From Clostridiales bacterium (GTDB lineage: Bacteria > Bacillota > Clostridia > Christensenellales > DTU072), in NCBI GenBank assembly GCA_012838805.1, contig DUON01000019.1, positions 60,560-124,559 on the forward strand: a stretch of 64,000 bases of DNA, given 5' to 3'. Positions 58,001 to 64,000 of this stretch are shown piece after piece (position 1 is the stretch's first letter; every line of letters starts with the position of its first letter). The position numbers and the translations under genes are program-made. The notes under the pieces are model-generated. The model was given only the letters and a program-made list of their open reading frames with translations. It was not told the origin of the DNA and ran no database searches.

Positions 58001-60973
58001 GTATTTGCGGGCTGGTATCGCAATGACAGCATAGACTACCAAAGGGAGAACGACCCGATTATCTTCCCCATTGACCTTGAAGAGGATATACCGTTTTTCG
58101 CAAGGTGGCTCAATGAAGACGAGGGTACTCAAGGTCTACAATATGATTTGATAAACGACGGCACAGAATACGGCGTGAGCGGGTACTATGGCGATTTGAG
58201 ATATGTTGTGGTGCCCAACGCCTACAACGACAAGCCCGTCACAGCTATTTTGGAGGGAGCCTTCTCATCTTCTATCAATCCCACAAACTCAGAAGTTTAT
58301 GAGATACTTTTGCCAAATACCATAACCACTATAGAAAGAGGAGCGTTAGAGGATACCTTGTGGTATAGTCAGTTTAGAGGCGATTTTGTATTCATAAACG
58401 ATATTCTCATAGAATACAGGGGAATGGATAGAAATGTTGTCATTCCCGAGAACATAAGGTATATTACTGCGAATGCGTTCAAAGATAATAATTTTATCAA
58501 GACAATCGAATTCTCACCAGATATACAGACGCTTCCTTATCAGACAGCGTATAATTGCATAAACCTTGAAAGCATTGCCCTGCCCGAAAACCTTATTGAG
58601 ATTAAGGAAATGGCGTTTATGGGTTGTGTCTCCCTTGAAAACATAGTATTCCCAGAGAGTCTTGAAACAGTCGCCCCGAATGCCTTTGAGAACACAAAAT
58701 GGCTGTATAACTATATCGATGATGTGGTTATCATAAACGATATTTTGTATAAATATAAAGGCAAGCAGCAGACGCTGCATATCCCCAACATAATAAAAAA
58801 GATAGGCAAGGAAGCTTTTTTCGAAAACACAAACTTAAGGGATGTATACATTCCCCAGTCCGTTGAGTTCATAGGTGAAAGTGCCTTTGAAGGCTGCAGC
58901 AGTCTGGAATATCTACAAATTGAAGACAACAGCCAGCTTAAGAAAATCGAGAACAGAGCGTTCTATGGTTGCAGCATTATGGAAGATTTCATAATGGGCG
59001 CAAACAGCAAAATAGAACATATAGGTGACTTTGCCTTTGCGTATTGTTCACTGCTTATGTATGTGAACTTCCCTTCGACCTTGACCTATTTGGGCGAGGG
59101 TGCTTATTTCGATTCGGGCGTGGCATTTGCCAAATTCGCAAGCGGCTGTAGGCTTTCTTCTATTGAAAAGGAAACCTTTAGCAATTGCAGAAATCTAAAA
59201 ACAGTGTCGTTCGGCGAGGGAACAATGCTTTCTATCATTAAGGAAAGCGCTTTTGAAAACTGTAAGAACCTTATAAGCGTGATTATCCCTGAATCTAATA
59301 GCCTGCTTATCGAAATACTTCAAAGAGCGTTCAACAATTGCACTTCGCTTATCAATGTCACTTTGCCGTCCAGCCTTATGGATATAGGCGACGACGCGTT
59401 TACCGACACGCAATATTTGAAAAGCGATAGCAAAGAGCATGTGACGATAGGAAGCGTGCTTATGAAATACAACGGAACGGATTCTATCGTCCATATATCT
59501 TCGGAGATTGCGGCTATTAGCAAGGGCGCATTTAAGGGGAATACGCATATAAGAGAAATTGTCATGGCACAAGGTTCGAAACTTTTTGCTATCGGCGAAG
59601 AAGCGTTTATGGACTGTGTCAACCTTGAAAGTGTAAATTTCCCGTCCACTATTACTTATGTTGGCAAGGACGCTATGCTCAATACTGCATGGATGAACAA
59701 ATATGTGGATGACTATGTGGTCATAAACGATATCTTGATTAAATACAAGGGCGACGACTATCAGGCGATTGTTCCCAATACCGTATCTGTAATCGGAATA
59801 GAGGCTTTCGCCAATAATACTAAGCTTAGGAATATAGAAATCGGAAACAGCGTGACCAGCATTATGGAAAGGGCGTTCAACGGCATGAGTGGGCAGTCTT
59901 CCATTACTATGCTAAGAAGCGCTCCCCCTATGCTTGCATTAGATAACGACATACCCGGTACGGTATATGTGGAGACAAACGCCGTCTTTAATAATTATCG
60001 TGAAGATTCGTCATGGGTAAGGTTTGTTAACGACCCTGCGGTATCCATAATGGTCAAATACGAGATTACATTTAAATTGATGAAAGAGGGTGCCTCTATG
60101 GAATTCTTGTCCATAGAAACAAATGCTCTCTATACCGAGCCCATTCCCGTTTGTGAGGGATATACCTTTGTCGGCTGGTATAAGAACTATGACGCGCATG
60201 CCGGGGAATACACCGATTTGATAACCATGCCTTTTATCCCAGAAAGCGATATCACCCTTTATGCACAATGGATAGACAACAGTACGGGCACTATCTATAA
60301 TGTTGTAGTCAATGAAGATATTCAACCCGTTGGGGGTGAAGAGGGAACATATATTGTGGAATATAGAGGTTTTGACCGCCATGTTATGATACCCTCCATA
60401 TTCTCGGACAAGAATATCATAGGTATCGCAAAGTATAACGACGGTAGCAGAGAACTTAAAGCTTTTTCAGACAATGAGCATATTGAAGAGATTACATTCG
60501 TTGAGGGCTATGACGACGGGGAACAATTTGTCGAAGGTTCTACCATAAGGTTTATTTTAGAGGGTGCGTTTGAGAACGCCATAAACCTTAAAAGAATAGT
60601 ATTGCCGTCTTCTTTGGAGTACATCGGACCTAACGCTTTTCGCAATTGCGTCAACCTTGAAGAAGTTATCTTCACATCTTCTTCCACCCCCGTAGTAATA
60701 GCCGAGAATGCGTTCTATAGCTGTTCGGCTTTGAAGAGCATCACATTTGAGGAGAATATATACGCTATTGGAGAAAACGCCTTTGGCGGATGCGACGAAC
60801 TCACCACCATATACATGAACGGCGACGAACCGCCTCAAGTCAACCAACCCTTTGAGATAAACGAGGGATTGAAGATTTATGTAAATAGAAGCGTAGACGA
60901 CCTTATTGTAGAAAAATACAAGAACGAATGGCCGCTTTACGAAGACTATATCTATCCCAAGCCCTTGTCCTAA
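55013..60973 (+). CDS. Giant (1986 aa) predicted surface lipoprotein: Ig-like domain plus Listeria-Bacteroides-type (GW-ending) repeats plus three blocks of BspA-type leucine-rich repeats
   Basis: Signal peptide with lipobox LISC (Cys24). Repeats of about 70 aa contain AFNGWIDQ, AIGWNRS, FVGWYTNEKF, FAGWYRND and FVGWYKNY. Dozens of units of about 23 aa follow the pattern I.IP..V..IG..AF..C..L..I. No recognisable C-terminal anchor. Confidence 0.85.
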   Translation: MNRYLRLIVIIVFILTAAGLLISCEGGPMLVSIEVDPDTISEEYDVSEFELSSIMLILTYENEETETIPLQRTMIKAEDKAKLSVSGDHTITVTYKQRTTTFILKLREGISGLYKVIFKDENGNQLGETQYIEPGGTALAPEVPDKPEYAFNGWIDQRGVYSFFDNIYEDKVFTATYTPDFYVITFIRPNGSLIAEVKIKKGESAEPYAPNIPTQPGLKAIGWNRSLDDITADTTITAVYVPENITVTFVYGNDFRPPTVASFAANTDIEAPVNPHVPHAEFVGWYTNEKFEGEMVEFPYLLQNEITFYAKYISRTEGSPGLEYSLTGNNTYTISGYNGQDDVIVIPEKHNNLDVVGVDRQAFENAMNSRFYVTDTNNYFSTSDGVLFDITKERLIAYPSGRQINTYDVLESVKYIEDYAFANSKNLVQLRLPDEKNLLSIGDYAFYNCLRLTQINIPITVETIGNFAFYMEEDNALESLTFTLNSNLQQIGQGAFKGLNRLKQITLPSSRLENIGSGVFEGCQMLETIDIEEGSSAKFTSEGGALFNISKTTLIAYPANNIINERAFYIVPNTVEIIESGAFSESNIVGIRLSESIKEIRSYAFNSPKLQYIQFMGELPETIEASPFGDYNPSYIIIPEGVDQFDEYFSDYQIIIGQPNQTYGYHSATSYLYTIDDDEKLIVWGVRRYTDTVTIPAVIGDYQVKAIGSYAFYNNLTIANLTISEGIEIIDDFAFSRSQRLASVILPKSLTKIGDNAFAECSSLSQILGTDNVDIEDMEIDLVILGKEIFIETPWYDSEEKEFLMIGNSLIKYNGKGLRAVIPQNTKIIADNAFIDKSNLRNVVLSDDLQIISDYAFFGCSGLFFIEIPAKVNYIGYKAFYNCNSLYRIIMKSDTPPQLAFTEDIFTVNAKYKYGFIEDVDSDIYQENIYEFGILVPYTIDRAVLNVYENHPAWQGYNIFHLNMRKITFSSAGTQQISVDADTIYEPADPDPRPGYVFAGWYRNDSIDYQRENDPIIFPIDLEEDIPFFARWLNEDEGTQGLQYDLINDGTEYGVSGYYGDLRYVVVPNAYNDKPVTAILEGAFSSSINPTNSEVYEILLPNTITTIERGALEDTLWYSQFRGDFVFINDILIEYRGMDRNVVIPENIRYITANAFKDNNFIKTIEFSPDIQTLPYQTAYNCINLESIALPENLIEIKEMAFMGCVSLENIVFPESLETVAPNAFENTKWLYNYIDDVVIINDILYKYKGKQQTLHIPNIIKKIGKEAFFENTNLRDVYIPQSVEFIGESAFEGCSSLEYLQIEDNSQLKKIENRAFYGCSIMEDFIMGANSKIEHIGDFAFAYCSLLMYVNFPSTLTYLGEGAYFDSGVAFAKFASGCRLSSIEKETFSNCRNLKTVSFGEGTMLSIIKESAFENCKNLISVIIPESNSLLIEILQRAFNNCTSLINVTLPSSLMDIGDDAFTDTQYLKSDSKEHVTIGSVLMKYNGTDSIVHISSEIAAISKGAFKGNTHIREIVMAQGSKLFAIGEEAFMDCVNLESVNFPSTITYVGKDAMLNTAWMNKYVDDYVVINDILIKYKGDDYQAIVPNTVSVIGIEAFANNTKLRNIEIGNSVTSIMERAFNGMSGQSSITMLRSAPPMLALDNDIPGTVYVETNAVFNNYREDSSWVRFVNDPAVSIMVKYEITFKLMKEGASMEFLSIETNALYTEPIPVCEGYTFVGWYKNYDAHAGEYTDLITMPFIPESDITLYAQWIDNSTGTIYNVVVNEDIQPVGGEEGTYIVEYRGFDRHVMIPSIFSDKNIIGIAKYNDGSRELKAFSDNEHIEEITFVEGYDDGEQFVEGSTIRFILEGAFENAINLKRIVLPSSLEYIGPNAFRNCVNLEEVIFTSSSTPVVIAENAFYSCSALKSITFEENIYAIGENAFGGCDELTTIYMNGDEPPQVNQPFEINEGLKIYVNRSVDDLIVEKYKNEWPLYEDYIYPKPLS

Positions 60974-61029
60974 GAAAAGAATAAGGGTATTTATCGATTT
61001 ATTAAATATCCTTATTATAAGAGGTGATT

Positions 61030-62211
61030 ATGTACAAATTCAGACTTCCAGAAGGCACTCAGGATTATTTGCCTGATTCATTATATAACAAAAAGAAAAT
61101 TCAGGAAAAAATAATGAGCGTCTTCAGAAACAACGCTTATCAAAAGATACAGACCCCAAAGCTTGAATATTATGATGTTTTTACAAGCGGCGTTGGAGCA
61201 GTTCCCGACAACAAGCTCTTTAAGCTCACAGATACCGACGGCTCTTTATTGGTCTTAAGAGCGGACATGACACTTCCCATTGCCCGCATAGTATCCACCA
61301 AAATGCAATTGGACTTTCCTTTACGGCTTTGCTATCTTGCCGACTCTTTTAATTTCATTACCGAAAGGAATCGAATGAGGGAATTCACTCAAGCGGGTAT
61401 TGAGCTTTACGGCGTACCCGGACCAGAGGGCGATGCCGAAGTCATTGCCCTTGCCATAAAAGCCCTTTTGAGCGCGGGACTCACAGACTTTCAAATAGAA
61501 ATAGGACAGGTGGATATCCTCAAAGGCTTGCTTCACCAAGCCAACATCCCCGAAGACAAACAGAAGGAGATTATTTCGGCGGTGGATAAGAAGAACTTCA
61601 TAGACGCCGATATTGACCCCGAGGTTGCCAAGACCATAGACAAGATAACCATGTTATATGGCGATATTACGGTTTTGAAAGAAGCCGGCGAGCTTGTACA
61701 CAACAAGACCAGCGTGGATGCTCTGTTATGGCTTTTTGAGGTGCGCCAGATATTGGCGGAATATAACCTTGAACAATATATTTCCTTTGATTTAGGATTG
61801 GTGAACTCTTTTTCCTATTATTCTGGAGTGGTGTTCAAGGGCATAACAAGGCATTTTGGCGCTCCTATTCTTGGCGGCGGACGCTATGACAAGCTTTGTC
61901 AAGCGTTCAACAGGAATATCCCGGCGACAGGGTTTGCGATAGGCATAAGAGACCTTATGCAGGCTTTGGAGGAAAGCGGCGGATATCAACAAGAAAAGAC
62001 AACCCCAGATTTAGTAATAGGCGTTGCAGACAGTTATACGGCACTTGGTGCAAGTCGAAAAATAGCCGATAACGCCATTGAAAAAGGGCTGGTCGTGGAT
62101 TTGCTATACAAGACCAACAAGGAACTCACAAAGCTTTATTCACAAAAAAAGAACATAGACAACATTTTATTTGTCAACAGCCAAGGAAAGATTGAGGAGG
62201 ACCTAAATTGA
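61030..62211 (+). CDS. hisZ: ATP phosphoribosyltransferase regulatory subunit HisZ
   Basis: MYKFRLPEGTQDYLP (class II aaRS-like HisRS paralog), LRADMT.P.AR, GGRYD. Followed by short-form hisG. ATG 61030 follows SD AGAGGTGA. The track start GTG 61024 is in frame. Confidence 0.88.
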   Translation: MYKFRLPEGTQDYLPDSLYNKKKIQEKIMSVFRNNAYQKIQTPKLEYYDVFTSGVGAVPDNKLFKLTDTDGSLLVLRADMTLPIARIVSTKMQLDFPLRLCYLADSFNFITERNRMREFTQAGIELYGVPGPEGDAEVIALAIKALLSAGLTDFQIEIGQVDILKGLLHQANIPEDKQKEIISAVDKKNFIDADIDPEVAKTIDKITMLYGDITVLKEAGELVHNKTSVDALLWLFEVRQILAEYNLEQYISFDLGLVNSFSYYSGVVFKGITRHFGAPILGGGRYDKLCQAFNRNIPATGFAIGIRDLMQALEESGGYQQEKTTPDLVIGVADSYTALGASRKIADNAIEKGLVVDLLYKTNKELTKLYSQKKNIDNILFVNSQGKIEEDLN

Positions 62212-62831
62212 TAACAATTGCTCTTGCCAAGGGAAGACTTGCGGAAAAAGCCGTCGAAATACTGGAAGAATGCGGTATAATGTGCGACGAGCTCAAGACT
62301 CCCTCCCGAAAGCTTATCTTAAAAGACAACAGCGGGCTTTATAATTTTATTATGGTGAAACCCGCCGATGTGCCCACATATGTGGAGTACGGCGTGGCGG
62401 ATATAGGCGTATGCGGCAAGGATACGCTTTTGGAAGAGGACAAGAACATATACGAGCTGTTAGACTTGAAATATGGTGCTTGCAGATTATGCGTGGCGGG
62501 ATATGCGGACAGGGACTTTAGGTTCATAGACACCCTAAGAGTCGCCACAAAATTTGTCAATATCGCCCGAAAATATTTTCATAAAAAACAAAGAAACATT
62601 GAGATAATCAAGCTTTCAGGCTCTGTTGAGCTTGGACCCGCCATAGGTCTTAGCGATGTCATAGTAGATATAGTGGAGAGCGGAAAAACCTTAGCGGAAA
62701 ACAACCTGTCCGTACTTGAAGAGATAGCCCCCGTATCCGCCCGCTTGGTCTCCAACAAGGTCAGCCTAAAAACAAAAGGCGACATCATACGCCCCTTAGT
62801 CGCATGTATCAAGGAGGTCATAAACCGCTAA
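62208..62831 (+). CDS. hisG: ATP phosphoribosyltransferase, short form (HisG-S)
   Basis: 207 aa. MITIALAKGRL, DIGVCGKD, DIVESGKTL. It lacks the C-terminal regulatory domain, consistent with a HisZ partner. Confidence 0.93.
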   Translation: MITIALAKGRLAEKAVEILEECGIMCDELKTPSRKLILKDNSGLYNFIMVKPADVPTYVEYGVADIGVCGKDTLLEEDKNIYELLDLKYGACRLCVAGYADRDFRFIDTLRVATKFVNIARKYFHKKQRNIEIIKLSGSVELGPAIGLSDVIVDIVESGKTLAENNLSVLEEIAPVSARLVSNKVSLKTKGDIIRPLVACIKEVINR

Positions 62832-62833
62832 AG

Positions 62834-64000
62834 ATGATAAAGATATACTACTATCCTGAAGATAGCGTGGAAAAGGTCCTCAAAAAATCAAATTTTGATT
62901 TTCCAAATATTGAAAAAACTGTTAGGGAAATACTTGACGACATCAAGAAAAGAAGGGACAAAGCGCTTTTTGAATATACCCAGAAATTTGACGGTTTAAG
63001 CTTAAATCAGAAAACCATAAAAGTAACCAAAGAAGAAATTCAAGCCGCCTATGAAAAGGTTCAGCCCGAACAGTTAAACGCCATAAAAAGGGCGGCGGAG
63101 AATGTGTATGACTATCATGTAAGATACAGAGAGAAGCCAGTTTTCGGCGAGGACAACGGCAGACAGACGGGATTTCTTATCAGACCTCTTGAAACAGTGG
63201 GCATATATGTTCCGGGCGGTACAGCCGCTTATCCGTCATCAGTATTGATGTGTGCTTTGCCTGCTAAAGCCGTCGGCGTCAACAGAATAATTATGTGTTC
63301 GCCTAAGATAGAGAATCCGCTTACGCTTGTTGCTGCTGAAGAATGTGGCGTGGATGAGATTTATAGAGTAGGCGGAGCCCAAGCGATAGGAGCTATGGCG
63401 TACGGTACAGACAGTATCCCCAAAGTTGACATTATCGCAGGTCCGGGCAATATCTATGTGACCATGGCGAAAAAGCTGGTTTTTGGCGAAGTCAAAATAG
63501 ATATGATAGCCGGACCGTCCGAAATACTTGTGATTGCGGATAGATTTTCCCATCCCGAGACTGTTGCGGCGGATTTACTTTCACAAGCCGAACATGACAA
63601 ATTGTCAAGGTCTATACTTATCACTGACAACGCTCTCTTGGCAAAGCAAGTAAAGAAAGAGATAACAAAACAAACAGCAGCGCTTGACAGAAAGGATATA
63701 GTCAAAGCGTCACTCACAGAGGGCGGGGCTATAATCGTGACCGAAAATATTATGGAAGCGGTGGAGCTTTCTAATCAGATAGCACCCGAACACCTTATCT
63801 TAATGGTAAGGGACTATAAGAAGTATTTAGGGTACATAACCAATGCCGGAGCTGTTTTTGCGGGATACCATTCTCCGGAATCCCTTGGAGATTATTATGC
63901 AGGACCTTCCCATGTTTTGCCCACAAGCGGCGCGGCAAAGTACTTTGAAGTCTTGAATACAAACACCTTCACAAAGAAAATAAGTTTTATCAATTATTCA
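62834..64000 (+). CDS. hisD: Histidinol dehydrogenase; 3' end runs off the window
   Basis: Not in the ORF track (open at the window end). ATG 62834. My translation contains YVPGGTAAYPSSVLM, IAGPGNIYV, AGPSE and QAEHD, the HisD signatures. Confidence 0.92.
   Translation, partial: MIKIYYYPEDSVEKVLKKSNFDFPNIEKTVREILDDIKKRRDKALFEYTQKFDGLSLNQKTIKVTKEEIQAAYEKVQPEQLNAIKRAAENVYDYHVRYREKPVFGEDNGRQTGFLIRPLETVGIYVPGGTAAYPSSVLMCALPAKAVGVNRIIMCSPKIENPLTLVAAEECGVDEIYRVGGAQAIGAMAYGTDSIPKVDIIAGPGNIYVTMAKKLVFGEVKIDMIAGPSEILVIADRFSHPETVAADLLSQAEHDKLSRSILITDNALLAKQVKKEITKQTAALDRKDIVKASLTEGGAIIVTENIMEAVELSNQIAPEHLILMVRDYKKYLGYITNAGAVFAGYHSPESLGDYYAGPSHVLPTSGAAKYFEVLNTNTFTKKISFINYS

Noticed and set aside
55013-60973. 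The giant LRR gene as a diversity-generating-retroelement target, or as part of a mobile or defence island.
   Set aside because: There is no reverse transcriptase, template repeat, integrase, transposase, flanking direct repeat or tRNA attachment site anywhere in the window. Core genes (recG, hisZ) flank it directly.
60974-61029. Possible T-box leader or attenuator upstream of hisZGD.
   Set aside because: Only about 55 nt separate the giant gene stop from the hisZ ATG. That is too short for a T-box, and there is no specifier or T-box sequence and no His-codon-rich leader peptide. Only a weak hairpin (aagggtat/atatcctt) and a weak promoter-like TTTATC-N17-TATTAT are present.

Overview
This 64-kb window is an almost continuous plus-strand run of about 65 core housekeeping genes. 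It looks like a moderately AT-rich, spore-forming Bacillota (Clostridia-like) chromosome. Only four genes or gene pairs lie on the minus strand: the split transketolase, one membrane protein, tmcAL and rpmB. The content is a mosaic of synteny blocks well known from Bacillus subtilis. These are yggS-sepF-lspA-rluD; yqfC-yqfD-pgpH-ybeY/era-yqzL-recO; ppdK; pcrA-ligA; yicC-gmk-rpoZ-coaBC-priA-def-fmt-rlmN-rsgA-rpe-(spoVM); nth; an nfnAB-like pair; obg-yhbY; pta-ackA; yceD-rpmF-plsX-rnc; hrcA-grpE-dnaK-dnaJ-prmA-rsmE-mtaB-HIT (with promoter and CIRCE operator); rpmB | asp23-yloV-recG; and hisZ-hisG-hisD. I found no rRNA, tRNA, recognisable riboswitch or T-box, CRISPR array, transposase, integrase or prophage gene. 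I also found no convincing discrete, previously undescribed multi-gene system, because this is ordinary core genome. Several things still deserve a second look. (1) At seven transcription-unit starts a near-consensus -10 box sits 6-9 nt upstream of an ATG with no Shine-Dalgarno sequence, which suggests leaderless mRNAs. (2) ybeY and era are fused in frame. (3) rsgA has conserved N-terminal codons that can only be reached from an ATT start. (4) There is a tandem-OB SSB-like protein. (5) A 1986-aa modular BspA-type LRR lipoprotein and a second lipoprotein with four Ig-like repeats are the only accessory-looking genes. (6) A 25-codon spoVM-like ORF and a 34-codon yqzL-like ORF are both missing from the ORF track. 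(7) A cupin gene appears to be frameshifted. All functional calls come from reading the translations for family motifs and from synteny. No database search was run.
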